Origin: an uncultured Thermotogae bacterium
Lineage (GTDB): Bacteria > Bipolaricaulota > Bipolaricaulia > M55B111
Length of the DNA: 64,000 nucleotides
Assembly: GCA_964614065.1 (NCBI GenBank)
Contig: CAZTJJ010000001.1
Coordinates: forward strand, 9,028-73,027
Direction of reading: 5' to 3'
Positions 18,174-28,800 of this stretch are shown here, piece after piece. Positions within the stretch are counted from its first letter, which is position 1; every line of letters starts with the position of its first letter. The notes below the pieces were generated by a model. It was given only the letters and a program-made list of their open reading frames with translations, was not told the DNA's origin and ran no database searches. The translations under genes were made by a program, and so were the position numbers.

Positions 18174-20810
18174 TTAACTGAATCTCCCGAAGATCCTTTG
18201 TCCGATCTTGATATATATCCAGATAAAGATGGAGAAGATGGCAATTGCACTGAGAATTACAAACCAGGGATAAAGACCAAGTGGTACCAGACCAAAGTAT
18301 GTATTGATCGGGCTGTAAATTACCACAAACTGGAAAGTGATCGAGGACAAAACTGCCAAATGTAACCAGTAATTTGTCTTGATAGGCTTGCCAAAACTGG
18401 CTCTAATGGGGACTATTTCTATTAATTCAATTAAAACCAATTCCGTAAAGGCAACTGTCCTGGCCAGGGCTATATTTGGTAGCAGATGGTTAAACGAAAG
18501 GAGTATTAACCCTGTCAGACTCACACCTATACCCAGAATCACGAAAACCATGTATTTGTTAATGACACCCTCACTTTTTCTTCGGGGCTTTCTGTCCATT
18601 ACCCCTTTTGATTTTCCATCTGCTCCCAGCGCTACCGCAGGTAAGCCATCAGTTAACAGGTTAACCCATAACAACATTGGTGCTGTCAATGGTAGCCCTA
18701 GGCCAAACAAAGTGCCTAGAAACACAGTGAGGACTTCTGCCAGATTACCGGACAGGAGTAAAGAGACAAATTTTCTGATGTTATCGAATATAGCCCTTCC
18801 CTCGGCAATTGCGTCCTTAATCGAGGCAAAGTTATCGTCCAGTAGCACTATGTCAGAAGCTTGTTTGGCTACATCTGTTCCTCTAATCCCCATTGATATT
18901 CCAACGTCGGATCGCTTTAGAGAAGGGGCATCATTTACGCCATCACCTGTCATTGCAACTATGTGGCCTTCTTCGTCTTTTATGATGTTCAATATTTTTA
19001 ACTTGTCAGACGGTGATACCCGGGCAAACGTGGTTACCTCTGGCACTTTCTTTCTTAGTTTCAAATTTGTTAAAGAATTAAGGTCTTTTCCCGTTAAAAC
19101 CTCACCTGTAAACCCGAGTTCCTTGCCTATTGCTTTTGCGGTTAGCGCGTTGTCCCCGGTTACCATTACTGTTCTAATGCCGGCGGCGCGACAGGCGTGT
19201 ATTGCTTCTTTTACTTCTTCTCTTGGTGGATCTATCATGCCCTGGAGCCCGATGAAGGTGAGGTTAGTTTCTAGGTTAGTCTTGTCGATATCTTCTACGT
19301 TTTCGTCATAGAGATCTTTAGTGGCAAAGCCCAGTACCCGCAGCGCAGCAGAAGCCATACTCTCGATCTTTTGCTGAAATTCTTCTCTCTTTTCAATGGT
19401 AAGGGGTTTTATTTCCCCGTTTTCCCAGTAATTGTTGCTTTTTTCTAGCACTATTTCTGGTGCTCCCTTGGTGTAGGATCTTGTCGTCTCTTCATTTTTG
19501 TAGACAGTAGTCATCATTTTTCTCTTCGATGAGAACGGTATTTCTCTTATCCTGGTCATAGAACTATTCGTTTCGGTCAGGTTTAGACCGGCTCGTCTTG
19601 CCGATTTGAGGAGGGCAACTTCGGTTGGATCACCGATCATTTCATCGTGAGCTTGAAGCTCTGCATCGTTACATAAGACCCCAGACTGTAATAGCAGTTT
19701 TTGGTCGTTGCCTCTGTTATTTTTGCCAGAATCCTTTTCTAGAGATAATTCACCGATTTTTCCCTGAGTACCGGAAGTATAGACCTGTTGGACGCTCATC
19801 TCGTTTTCGGTAAGCGTTCCTGTCTTGTCGGTGCAAATAGTGTCGACGGATCCCAGTGATTCCACCGCAGTTAATCGTCTGGTTAGGGCATTGCGCTCCA
19901 CCATCTTCCTTGTTCCCATAGCTAGGGCGAGAGTTACAACCGCAGGCAGTCCTTCAGGAATTGCCGCCACTGCTAAAGCCACAGCGGTTAGAAAGGCTTC
20001 CAACCAACCTGTACCATGAAACCAAATTGAGATTGGTACTATCAATGCAGAGATTCCAATCAATAATATTCCTAACTTTTTGCCTAGTTCGTTTACTTCT
20101 TTTTGAAATGGAGTCAGTTCTTGCTCTACTTCCTGGAGTTGCTTGGCCACTTGTCCTATTTCAGTTTCCATGCCTGTGGATACTACGATTGCTTCCCCAC
20201 GCCCTCTGACTACGTTGGTGTGTTTAAATACCATGTTGGATTGTTCAGCTAGCTCGATTGATTCCTGTATAACGTCTGTTATCTTTTGAACAGCTTCGCT
20301 TTCTCCTGTAAGGGCGGATTCGTCAACCTTTAGAGTTTGTTGCTTGATTAGCCGGGCGTCGGCGGGCACAGTCGCACCCTGTTCTAGAGAGATGACATCT
20401 CCAGGAACCAACTCTTCGATATCAATGACTTTCCGCTGTCCGCCGCGGTATACAGTTGCCTCTGCTGTTGCCATCTCTTTCAATGCTTGAATTGACTGTT
20501 CTGCTTTCCAGTCCTGAACGAAGCCAAAGATCCCATTTCCAATAACAATTGCGATGATGAGATAGAAATCTACCTGGTGGCCGAGTATAAGTGAGATAGT
20601 TGCGGCAATCAGAAGGATGAGGATTAAAAAATCCGTGAACTGCTCAAGGAAGAGGGTTATTGGAGAGATTTTTTTCTCCTCTTTCAATTTATTCTTGCCG
20701 TATTTATCTATTTTTCCGGTTGCTTCATCTGATGATAATCCGGTTGAGCTGGAGTTTAATCTAGAGTAAACTTCGGAAAGCGGCAACTTGTGCCATTTTT
20801 CCTCGGGCAT
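18174..20810 (-). CDS. P-type cation-transporting ATPase, type II (Ca2+/Mn2+-like) with a PEGLP motif.
   Basis: 878 aa, 'DKTGTLT', 'TGDGVNDAPSLK', TM4 'PEGLPAVVT'. No CPx heavy-metal motif. Confidence 0.88.
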   Translation of the reverse strand: MPEEKWHKLPLSEVYSRLNSSSTGLSSDEATGKIDKYGKNKLKEEKKISPITLFLEQFTDFLILILLIAATISLILGHQVDFYLIIAIVIGNGIFGFVQDWKAEQSIQALKEMATAEATVYRGGQRKVIDIEELVPGDVISLEQGATVPADARLIKQQTLKVDESALTGESEAVQKITDVIQESIELAEQSNMVFKHTNVVRGRGEAIVVSTGMETEIGQVAKQLQEVEQELTPFQKEVNELGKKLGILLIGISALIVPISIWFHGTGWLEAFLTAVALAVAAIPEGLPAVVTLALAMGTRKMVERNALTRRLTAVESLGSVDTICTDKTGTLTENEMSVQQVYTSGTQGKIGELSLEKDSGKNNRGNDQKLLLQSGVLCNDAELQAHDEMIGDPTEVALLKSARRAGLNLTETNSSMTRIREIPFSSKRKMMTTVYKNEETTRSYTKGAPEIVLEKSNNYWENGEIKPLTIEKREEFQQKIESMASAALRVLGFATKDLYDENVEDIDKTNLETNLTFIGLQGMIDPPREEVKEAIHACRAAGIRTVMVTGDNALTAKAIGKELGFTGEVLTGKDLNSLTNLKLRKKVPEVTTFARVSPSDKLKILNIIKDEEGHIVAMTGDGVNDAPSLKRSDVGISMGIRGTDVAKQASDIVLLDDNFASIKDAIAEGRAIFDNIRKFVSLLLSGNLAEVLTVFLGTLFGLGLPLTAPMLLWVNLLTDGLPAVALGADGKSKGVMDRKPRRKSEGVINKYMVFVILGIGVSLTGLILLSFNHLLPNIALARTVAFTELVLIELIEIVPIRASFGKPIKTNYWLHLAVLSSITFQFVVIYSPINTYFGLVPLGLYPWFVILSAIAIFSIFIWIYIKIGQRIFGRFS

Positions 20811-20991
20811 TTGTACAATTCCCCCTCGAACCCTATAAGGTAAGTTAAAAGTTTTTGGTCTATCCTTTTGTTCTCATACAGATTAATATATGAGAACCTG
20901 TGGAACAACTTTGGTACACGACACGGTCTGCTGGAGCTCTAGTGGTATGGTTTTATCCGTTCGTGAGATAGTGGAAACGGGAGTAGGTTGG

Positions 20992-21723
20992 TTAGATCTT
21001 GAGGTTTATTTTCTTAATGGAGTTTCCGAAATTTCTGGTTCCGCCGCCTTGAGAGACTATTTCCATGACTTCTTTTGGGTTCATGACAATTGACCCAAAT
21101 AGATAGGAGATACCATGTTCTTGCAGGGTAGGAACAAATGGTGTTGACGGTCCAAGTAAAGCGGTCTTGCCCGACGCTAGACGTAATATATGATCGATTG
21201 TTTCATTAATTATAGTCGTGGAAGAGATTATCAATATATCGCAGGATGGAAGAAGAGAATTTATTGCCCAATCCGGGTAGGTTGTTTCATCTGATGAGGA
21301 CTCTCTTTCGAATATATAGAGTTCACTTGATCTCTCCCGAATAGGTTCGATCAGAGGTTCGAAATAACCCACCATACCGACCTTGTGGGTGGAGTTGATT
21401 CCTAGGGCTTCTAACGGTGACGCTATGTTGCTTTGAGTTCCTTGATTTGCTACCGCGTTTATGGTAGCAAGACCTATTCCAGCTTGCAGGGGATCGGGTT
21501 TGGTTAGAAGTTGGGCGGCTTTGTAGGCGTTTATTCCGATGTATTGACCTGCAGCTTCTAGCAGGCTACAGCCCCTGGGTAGATCATATCTTAACGTAGC
21601 GGCCAATCCGGTATTACCGGAGTCAAGTTGTATCGCAGTATAGCCTAAGCCGATTCTTAGATCGGATACTGACTGTCTTTGGAGTTCGGCTTTGTATTGG
21701 TTTACGAGTTGTTCCTTAATCAT
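20992..21723 (-). CDS. DUF4213/DUF364 protein (Rossmann-like 'putative heavy-metal chelation' family).
   Basis: 243 aa; family recognised from sequence. Overlaps the upstream feoC-like gene by 4 nt. Confidence 0.5.
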   Translation of the reverse strand: MIKEQLVNQYKAELQRQSVSDLRIGLGYTAIQLDSGNTGLAATLRYDLPRGCSLLEAAGQYIGINAYKAAQLLTKPDPLQAGIGLATINAVANQGTQSNIASPLEALGINSTHKVGMVGYFEPLIEPIRERSSELYIFERESSSDETTYPDWAINSLLPSCDILIISSTTIINETIDHILRLASGKTALLGPSTPFVPTLQEHGISYLFGSIVMNPKEVMEIVSQGGGTRNFGNSIKKINLKI

Positions 21724-21986
21724 GATTTGTAGGTTTCCTCATCCGTTTGTCTGTCTTCGGTTACCATGTAAAGTTTTTCCTGCCCGGGGGAAGGTAAAGG
21801 GCAAAAACTACTCATTGGGCAACTGTTGCATTTACGGTGTTTATCAAGTTCTTTCAGCTTTCCACGAGAGACAAGAGTTTCGATAATGGCCTGAATAGTT
21901 TGTTTCCTCATGTCGAGGATTGTTACAAGTTCGTCCACCGATTTTCCTCGCCCTATTTTGGTGATCAATTCGTCTTCTAGACTCAT
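21720..21986 (-). CDS. FeoC-like small winged-helix protein with a Cys cluster.
   Basis: 88 aa, HTH-like N-terminus, 'CNSCPMSSFC'; sits after the feoB fragment. Confidence 0.45.
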   Translation of the reverse strand: MSLEDELITKIGRGKSVDELVTILDMRKQTIQAIIETLVSRGKLKELDKHRKCNSCPMSSFCPLPSPGQEKLYMVTEDRQTDEETYKS

Positions 21987-22045
21987 GGGATTGTAAGCTC
22001 CGAAAATTTTGAGTCGGATTTATCTCTTCAGTGACAAATACTGCA

Positions 22046-22570
22046 TTAAAGATTTTCTATCCTTTTTTTTAACTCTTTGGTATCGGTTGGTGTTGCCTGT
22101 GTAACCTTATGGGCTAGCTCTGATATTCCTTTCCCGCTAATGGCAACGGTTGATACAACTGGCACCTGAAGAATTTCTTCTAACTTCTCTACATCAATTT
22201 TTATGTTGTGGCTCTCAGCGTCGTCCCACATATTCAGAGCAATTACCAAAGGGAATCCTTTCTCCATGATCTCGAATGCTAGATATAACCCTCGTTCGAT
22301 CTTTGTAGCATCCAGGATAGAAATGACGGTTGCGTCCGGATTGTTTGCTAGTAGATCTAAAGCAACCTGCTCGGCTTCGTCTTTTGGTTCTGTGGAAAAG
22401 GTCCCCGGTACGTCTATAATCTCGTACTCTTGGTCTTCAATAAAGGTATATCCTACGGTATAATCTACGGTCGTTCCCGGGTAGTTGGATTCAGTGATAT
22501 TTGCTCCTGTTAATCTGTTGAAGACGGCACTCTTTCCCACGTTTGGATGCCCCATTAGTAAAATTTTCAT
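22046..22570 (-). CDS. Stand-alone FeoB G-domain: a small GTPase with no GDI or membrane permease domain.
   Basis: 174 aa, 'ILLMGHPNVGKSAVFNRLTG' G1, 'TTVD' G2, 'DVPG' G3, 'NMWD' G4. Overlaps feoA by 4 nt. Confidence 0.8.
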   Translation of the reverse strand: MKILLMGHPNVGKSAVFNRLTGANITESNYPGTTVDYTVGYTFIEDQEYEIIDVPGTFSTEPKDEAEQVALDLLANNPDATVISILDATKIERGLYLAFEIMEKGFPLVIALNMWDDAESHNIKIDVEKLEEILQVPVVSTVAISGKGISELAHKVTQATPTDTKELKKRIENL

Positions 22571-22794
22571 TTTTTAACCTCTATGAAAATTTGTTGCGCC
22601 AGTCCAAAACCAAGCGAAGTTGTAGATTGATCTACCGTAATTACTACAGGCCCCTTTATGGGCTGTTTTGTATCCATTCGGATTAACTTTCCATCTCTTA
22701 TCCCCATACCACAAAGCTTGGGTTTGATATTTTCTCCCATACTATGGATGATACCCCGTTCACCATATTCTAATTCTGTCAGTTTTTTTAACAT
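22567..22794 (-). CDS. feoA: FeoA-family protein (SH3-like).
   Basis: 75 aa, typical FeoA size and 'G..G.I' pattern. Confidence 0.7.
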   Translation of the reverse strand: MLKKLTELEYGERGIIHSMGENIKPKLCGMGIRDGKLIRMDTKQPIKGPVVITVDQSTTSLGFGLAQQIFIEVKK

Positions 22795-23018
22795 TTATCG
22801 ATTTCTCTCACTCGAATTTTTTTTGCCATTCCTCTCCCCACGGTTATTAGGTTGCCATTGCTTTTGATAGTGACTGGGCCCGGGCCTTTTGAGGAGATAA
22901 CTTTAAAGTTTAGACCTTCGGTAATTCCCCGAAGAGCCAGCCTTTGATGTAGCTTTGTTCCCCCGGAGATGGAAATTATCCTGGCAGTTTGATCGTCTTT
23001 TAACTGTGAAAGATACAT
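22788..23018 (-). CDS. feoA: FeoA-family protein, second copy.
   Basis: 76 aa, FeoA-like; overlaps the first copy by 7 nt. Confidence 0.7.
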   Translation of the reverse strand: MYLSQLKDDQTARIISISGGTKLHQRLALRGITEGLNFKVISSKGPGPVTIKSNGNLITVGRGMAKKIRVREIDKC

Positions 23019-23023
23019 AGTGG

Positions 23024-23497
23024 TTAGGTGGTTACATCGTCGTGATAATTACCTCTGCAATCAAACGGGAGCTCGTTGTGTTTGCTATAGTAATCAAAAT
23101 GCTTGAGCCATTCCGCTTCTCGCTTGGGACAGTTCTCAATAAAGTCGATGAACTTGTTGAGCTGACCTACGGATTCCTGACTTAAATAATGTTCCAATTT
23201 GCACGCGTCCTTGTCGGCTTGTTCGCTCGAGACGTGAATTGTTTTAAGAAACTTCCGGATGTTTATATGAATTTTAGAAATACTTTTTGCAATCTCTTTC
23301 CCTCTTTCAGTGAGGGTTACACCTTTGTACTTTTTATAGTTGATGTATCCCTGCTTATTTAGCTTGTGAAACATTTCCGTTACAGAAGGAGGCTTGACAC
23401 CCAAATCCTGAGCTATTTCATTTGTATTGGCGTGTCCTCGTTTGTTGATAGAGTTATAAATAGTTTCTAAGTAATCTTCTAAACTTTTACTTGCCAT
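23024..23497 (-). CDS. DtxR/MntR-family metal-dependent transcriptional repressor.
   Basis: N-terminal 'SLEDYLETIY...NEIAQDLGVKPPSVTEMFHKL' wHTH plus a dimerisation helix. Confidence 0.8.
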   Translation of the reverse strand: MASKSLEDYLETIYNSINKRGHANTNEIAQDLGVKPPSVTEMFHKLNKQGYINYKKYKGVTLTERGKEIAKSISKIHINIRKFLKTIHVSSEQADKDACKLEHYLSQESVGQLNKFIDFIENCPKREAEWLKHFDYYSKHNELPFDCRGNYHDDVTT

Positions 23498-23745
23498 TGT
23501 TATTATTTAAGTATTTAGGGTAACCTAACTTTTGCTCTCTATTATAATAATGGTCTGTTAAAAAGTCAATACAGTTATGCGGTCAAAAGTGGACTATTTT
23601 ACTCCACATTTGTTACCATTATACGACTGGTTTCGTCGCCTGTCAACTGATCACAAGCATGGTAATTTTGTTCTATCCAGCTCTGTTGACCTATTGAGTT
23701 AAACTTGGAACGGGTACGATATCCGCTTGGTTTTTGGTTGAGAAG

Positions 23746-23837
23746 GAGTGCTGGACCAATTACCCGTCTTCAAATTCAGCCTTCTATTCCAATGTTTTTC
23801 TACAAGCCCCACCCCTTGGATTGGGGTAATTGACTTA
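23746..23837. repeat. Copy B of the ~90-bp intergenic repeat, in the divergent dtxR/hrcA promoter region.
   Basis: Aligns with 7016-7106 at about 85-90% identity and ends in GGGGTAATTGACT. Confidence 0.8.
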
Positions 23838-23872
23838 ACCTGGGGTAGATTGCGGAGCAATTTGTTGAACGG

Positions 23873-23901
23873 TTGAAATAGAGATTTTTGCCAGTTATGA
23901 T
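23873..23901 (+). promoter_or_regulatory. Putative sigma-A promoter of hrcA-grpE-dnaK-dnaJ (-35 TTGAAA, 17 nt, -10 TATGAT).
   Basis: Consensus-like hexamers with a 17-nt spacer immediately 5' of CIRCE. Confidence 0.5.
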
Positions 23902-23902
23902 T

Positions 23903-23929
23903 TTAGCAGTCTTGAGGTATGAGTGCTAA
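23903..23929 (+). promoter_or_regulatory. CIRCE operator upstream of hrcA.
   Basis: TTAGCAGTC-N9-GAGTGCTAA, one mismatch to consensus; ends 3 nt before the hrcA ATG. Confidence 0.85.
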
Positions 23930-23932
23930 TTT

Positions 23933-24955
23933 ATGAAAAACAGAAAAGAACTAATATTAAAAGAGATTGTTGATCATTACATTGATTCGGGGGAACCCGT
24001 TTCTTCTAAGGTATTGTTGGATAAATATGATCTTAGTTACTCCTCTGCCACTATAAGAAACGACATGCACGAGCTGGAAGAAGAAGGGTTCCTGAAAAAG
24101 CCATACACTTCGGGGGGACGAATTCCTACAGTCGAGGGCTATCGGTATTTCGTGAACTGGCTACTTGAGTTATCGGAGCTCTCCCACGAGGAACAGAAGG
24201 CGGTTGTAGAGGCATACGAATTTGAACATCAGAATACGGAGAGATTGCTCAGAAATACGGCATCATTGTTATCGAACATTACTGGCTATACTGGTTTCGT
24301 GCTAGGACCGAATTTGGAAGACCGCCAGGTGGCATTCTTCACACTGACTCAACTTGACAAGCATCATTTGTTGGCGATATTAGTTACAGATGTTGGCTTG
24401 GTGGAAAATCGAGTGATAAAGTCGAAGAAAGAAGTCGACGGAAAGCAATTAAACAAAATTGTGCCCATGCTCACCGACCGCCTTCAAGGTAAGAAGATCG
24501 AGGACTTAATGAAGTTAAAGGACGTTAGTCTCAATGAAGAGGGTTGGTACAATAAATTGACTCGAGATTCCTTCTTGTTTGTCAAAAAATTTATGCAGGA
24601 AAGAAGCTATCGAAGATTATACACTGAAGGTTTGTTAAACCTGATAAGCGAAGATCCTCACAATGACCAGGATGCCCGTCAACTGAAACAAGCACTGAAG
24701 TGGCTTGACGAGGAAACTTTGTCTAAGATGACAGAAAAATGCGACGAGGATAACAACGACATGAACGTGTTAGTCGGGATTGACGATGATTCACAGTTTT
24801 TGCCGTACAGCCTCATTACCAAAAACCTGGCAAACTGCTCTAGTTCCCTGGGAGTATTGGGTCCGATTGATATGGATTACAGTAAATCATTTTCGACCGT
24901 TCAGTATATCGGAAATAGATTGGATTCCTTGTTAACTGCCGGAAAAAGAAATTAA
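23933..24955 (+). CDS. hrcA: Heat-inducible transcription repressor HrcA.
   Basis: 340 aa, N-terminal wHTH; sits in an hrcA-grpE-dnaK-dnaJ operon preceded by CIRCE. Confidence 0.9.
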   Translation: MKNRKELILKEIVDHYIDSGEPVSSKVLLDKYDLSYSSATIRNDMHELEEEGFLKKPYTSGGRIPTVEGYRYFVNWLLELSELSHEEQKAVVEAYEFEHQNTERLLRNTASLLSNITGYTGFVLGPNLEDRQVAFFTLTQLDKHHLLAILVTDVGLVENRVIKSKKEVDGKQLNKIVPMLTDRLQGKKIEDLMKLKDVSLNEEGWYNKLTRDSFLFVKKFMQERSYRRLYTEGLLNLISEDPHNDQDARQLKQALKWLDEETLSKMTEKCDEDNNDMNVLVGIDDDSQFLPYSLITKNLANCSSSLGVLGPIDMDYSKSFSTVQYIGNRLDSLLTAGKRN

Positions 24956-24970
24956 TGACAGCTGAGGTGA

Positions 24971-25588
24971 TTGATAATGGAGAAAGAACCCAAGACGGAA
25001 GACTTAGAAGCTGAAGACACTGAGGAAGAATATGAGGACTTTCAGGAGGAAGGTCATGTAGCGCAAGATCAAGAAGAAACCTCTCCAGATAAAGATTCAG
25101 AGAAGTTGACTCAACTGAAGCACCAGCTCAGAGAGAAAGAGGAAAAGATCGAGAGCTTGGAAGATAGAATTCAACATTTACAGGCAGACTTTGAGAACTA
25201 TAAAAAGAGACATAAACAGGAAATAGAGGATGCGGAGCTTGAAGCCCGTGGGGATGTCATCGTGGACGTAGTATCGGTTTATGATAATTTGGATAGAGCG
25301 TTTAAAAGTTTTGAAAAAAACGACGATACGGAATCCTTTATTGAAGGGATAGAAAAAATCTATGCACAGTTTACCGAAGTCTTGTCTAAAAGGGATGTGT
25401 GCCCCATAGAGGCTGAGGGTGAAAAATTCGATCCCAAGAAACATCAAGCGCTTATGAAAGTAGAGTCGGATGAAGATGATCATAATGAAATAACTGAGGA
25501 ATTTGAACGTGGATATATGTATAGAGGTAGGGTCTTGAAGCCAAGCAAAGTGAAGGTGAATATTCATCCTCCAGAGGGAGGAGACTGA
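24971..25588 (+). CDS. grpE: Nucleotide exchange factor GrpE.
   Basis: Acidic N-terminus, coiled coil, C-terminal beta domain; operon context. Confidence 0.9.
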   Translation: MIMEKEPKTEDLEAEDTEEEYEDFQEEGHVAQDQEETSPDKDSEKLTQLKHQLREKEEKIESLEDRIQHLQADFENYKKRHKQEIEDAELEARGDVIVDVVSVYDNLDRAFKSFEKNDDTESFIEGIEKIYAQFTEVLSKRDVCPIEAEGEKFDPKKHQALMKVESDEDDHNEITEEFERGYMYRGRVLKPSKVKVNIHPPEGGD

Positions 25589-25622
25589 GATATATAACCA
25601 AAAATTGGGAGGTAGTTAACTT

Positions 25623-27503
25623 ATGGCGAAAGAAAAAATAATCGGGATAGATTTAGGGACGACAAATTCATGTGCAGCAATCCTTGAAGGTGGAGAACCG
25701 GAAATCATTACAAATGCTGACGGAAATAGAACTACACCTTCTGTGGTAGCATTTACTGATGAAGACGAGTTGCTGGTCGGAGAGACTGCCAAACGACAGG
25801 CGATTACTAACCCTGATAGAACGGTGAGTTCAATCAAGCGAAAGATGGGGGAGGACTATACCGTCAAAATCTCTAAGAACGGTGAGGCCAAGGATTACAC
25901 TCCAGAACAGATATCCTCTATGATTTTGCGGAATATCAAGGAAGACGCCGAGAGTCGTATAGGTAGAGAGTTAAAAAAAGCAGTTATCACAGTTCCAGCC
26001 TACTTTAACGACAGTCAGAGACAAGCTACCAAGGACGCAGGCAAGCTGGCCGGGTTGGAGGTTGCCCGCATAATTAACGAACCTACAGCTGCTTCTCTAG
26101 CTTACGGGCTAAAAGATGTGAGCGACCAGACTATTCTTGTGTATGACCTGGGTGGAGGAACTTTCGATGTATCTATCCTGGAATTGGGAGACGGCGTCTT
26201 CGAAGTGGTCTCAACTGACGGTGACACAAAACTTGGTGGCGACGACTTCGATCAAAAGATCGTAGATTGGTTGGTTGATCGGTTTAGAAAGCAGGAAGGT
26301 ATGGATTTATCAAATGATACTAGTGCGTTACAAAGGATGAGGACTGCTGCTGAAGAAGCTAAGAAGGAGCTTTCGTCTAGAAAGGAAACCACGGTAAATT
26401 TACCTTATATTACAGCAGATCAAACGGGGCCAAAACACTTAGAGGAGAAACTGACCAGAGCAAAGTTCGAAGGTATGATTGATAAACATCTCTCTCGGAC
26501 AATGGATATACTCGAATCTGCTCTTTCCGCAGCAGATATGGATAAGGACGATATAGATCAGGTAGTTTTGGTCGGCGGTTCAACCCGGATTCCGCGCGTG
26601 CAAGAGCTAATAGAAGAACACGTGCCTGGTAAAGTAAACAAAGAAATTAACCCCGATGAAGTTGTAGCCCGCGGTGCCGCGGTTCAAGGTGGTGTGCTTG
26701 CCGGTGAAGTGGACGATCTGGTTTTACTTGACGTTACTCCATTGACTCTGGGGATTGAAACCCTGGGCGGAGTGACTACACCCCTAATTGACAAAAATAC
26801 CACTATACCCACCGAGAAATCGAAAACGTTTTCTACTGCCGAGAACAACCAGACTACTGTGGATATCCACGTTGTTCAGGGTGAGCGTAAGATGGCCAAG
26901 GATAACAAAAGCATAGGTAGGTTCCAGTTGACAGGTATTCCTCCCGCTCCTAGAGGTGTTCCACAGATAGACGTTAACTTTAGCATAGATGCAGACGGAA
27001 TTCTTAACGTATCAGCTGAAGACAAGGGCACAGGAAAATCCGAATCGATTACCATTGAAGAACCCTCCCGATTATCCGAAGAAGAGATAGAAGAGATGAA
27101 GCAAGAAGCCGAAAAACACAAGGAAGAAGATAAACGTAAAGCCGAGAGAATAGAAGCTAGGAACAGGGCAGACCAACTTATCTACTCAACACAACAAAGC
27201 CTCGAACAGTTTGGCGATAAGTTAGACGCTGATACGAGGAAGAAAATAGATCAGGCAATAAGCGACCTTCAAGGATTAATCGAAGAGGAAGCATCGAAGG
27301 AGCAATTGGAAGAAGGCATTGAAAGATTAAATGATGTAGCTCAAGAGATCGGGCAGACGGCCTATCAAGGACAAGGAGCTCAGGGTGGGCAACCCGGTCA
27401 AGGTGGACCGACATCTGGAGGACAACAGCCAGGCACATCTACTGGTGAGTCCGATGATGAATACGTTGATGCTGAATATGAGGAACCGGAGGATGAAGAG
27501 TAA
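25623..27503 (+). CDS. dnaK: Chaperone DnaK (Hsp70).
   Basis: '[10 protein letters not shown]', 'DLGGGTFD', an acidic C-terminal tail. Confidence 0.97.
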   Translation: MAKEKIIGIDLGTTNSCAAILEGGEPEIITNADGNRTTPSVVAFTDEDELLVGETAKRQAITNPDRTVSSIKRKMGEDYTVKISKNGEAKDYTPEQISSMILRNIKEDAESRIGRELKKAVITVPAYFNDSQRQATKDAGKLAGLEVARIINEPTAASLAYGLKDVSDQTILVYDLGGGTFDVSILELGDGVFEVVSTDGDTKLGGDDFDQKIVDWLVDRFRKQEGMDLSNDTSALQRMRTAAEEAKKELSSRKETTVNLPYITADQTGPKHLEEKLTRAKFEGMIDKHLSRTMDILESALSAADMDKDDIDQVVLVGGSTRIPRVQELIEEHVPGKVNKEINPDEVVARGAAVQGGVLAGEVDDLVLLDVTPLTLGIETLGGVTTPLIDKNTTIPTEKSKTFSTAENNQTTVDIHVVQGERKMAKDNKSIGRFQLTGIPPAPRGVPQIDVNFSIDADGILNVSAEDKGTGKSESITIEEPSRLSEEEIEEMKQEAEKHKEEDKRKAERIEARNRADQLIYSTQQSLEQFGDKLDADTRKKIDQAISDLQGLIEEEASKEQLEEGIERLNDVAQEIGQTAYQGQGAQGGQPGQGGPTSGGQQPGTSTGESDDEYVDAEYEEPEDEE

Positions 27504-27544
27504 ATCCCCCCTTTAATATTTGAGAGATAATAAGGGCCGGTAAT

Positions 27545-28708
27545 ATGGCGAAAGACTACTACAAGATTTTAGGCGTGGATGAGGATGCCTCGGAACAGGA
27601 AATAAAAAAAGCATATAGAGAGAAGGCTAAACAGTTTCATCCGGATATGAATCCGGATATAGACAAAGATGAAGCAGAGAAGAAATTCAAGGAAGTAACT
27701 GAGGCTTACGAGGTACTCTCTGATCCTGAGAAGAGAGCACAATACGATAGATTTGGACATGCCGGCCCTCAACAGGGATTCGACTTTAACAGTCAAGATT
27801 TTGAGCGAGCAAGAAGCGCTTTTTCCGGTGGACCCTTTGATGACATATTTGACATGTTTTTTGGCGAAGGGCCAAGAAGAACTGGAAGAAGAACAGCTGC
27901 ACAGAAAGGGGAAGATCTTCAGAGAAAGTTACGAATTTCTCTTGAAGACGCTGCCAACGGAACCAGGGTGAAGTTCTCTATTCCTCGGTTCGTTTGGTGT
28001 GACAAATGTGATGGTGAGGGAGTAAAGCCCGGCACGTCCAAGCGTACCTGCCCGCATTGTAATGGGACAGGGGAAATAAGGCAGAAACAACAAACGATGC
28101 TTGGTAGCTTTGTTAACGTGCGAACTTGTCCAAAATGCGGTGGCACTGGTGAGATTATAGATGAGCCTTGCCCAAAGTGTCGCGGAGAAGGACGAGTAAA
28201 AGAGAAAACTGAAATTTCCGTTAAAGTTCCACCGGGAGTGCAGGATGGTTCGCGGTTAAGGTTGAGGGGTAAGGGGAACGCTGGCCGAAAAGGTGCTCCC
28301 ACCGGTGATCTGTTCATCGTTGTTGAGATCAAGCAGCACGACACGTTTATTCGGAAGGGTGACGACCTTTTAGCTACTGTTCCAGTGAATTTTACCCAGC
28401 TCGCTTTGGGAGATACCATTAAAGTGCCTACGATTGATGGAGTGGACCGAGTTGAAATTAAGCCAGGTACCCAGCCCGGAGCAAAACTCAGGCTTAGAAA
28501 TCGGGGAATTCCTCATTTGAATAATAGAGGAAAGGGCGATGAGATTATTCGCTTGAAAGCCCTCACCCCGAAAAATATCAGCGCGAAAGAGCGAGAGCTA
28601 CTTCAAAAACTGGATGATTCGTTGAAAAATCCAATTGACAACCATTCCGACGATAACGATTCTTTTTTTGACAGACTGAAAAAATTTAGAGAGGAGTTTA
28701 CAAAATAG
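27545..28708 (+). CDS. dnaJ: Chaperone DnaJ.
   Basis: J-domain HPD, G/F region, four CxxCxGxG zinc-finger repeats. Confidence 0.95.
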   Translation: MAKDYYKILGVDEDASEQEIKKAYREKAKQFHPDMNPDIDKDEAEKKFKEVTEAYEVLSDPEKRAQYDRFGHAGPQQGFDFNSQDFERARSAFSGGPFDDIFDMFFGEGPRRTGRRTAAQKGEDLQRKLRISLEDAANGTRVKFSIPRFVWCDKCDGEGVKPGTSKRTCPHCNGTGEIRQKQQTMLGSFVNVRTCPKCGGTGEIIDEPCPKCRGEGRVKEKTEISVKVPPGVQDGSRLRLRGKGNAGRKGAPTGDLFIVVEIKQHDTFIRKGDDLLATVPVNFTQLALGDTIKVPTIDGVDRVEIKPGTQPGAKLRLRNRGIPHLNNRGKGDEIIRLKALTPKNISAKERELLQKLDDSLKNPIDNHSDDNDSFFDRLKKFREEFTK

Positions 28709-28800
28709 ACTGAGGCGATTATATACTGAACATCCTTAGCAGGTAAACTGATTAAGCAACAGACTTAAACTGTCAGTGGTTTGCTAGAAATCTTTTTATG

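Noticed and set aside
18379-19311. 310-aa + strand ORF
   Set aside because: Entirely antisense to the P-type ATPase, whose sense frame has all the P-type motifs. Ser/Ala/Thr-rich translation typical of GC-skewed antisense frames.
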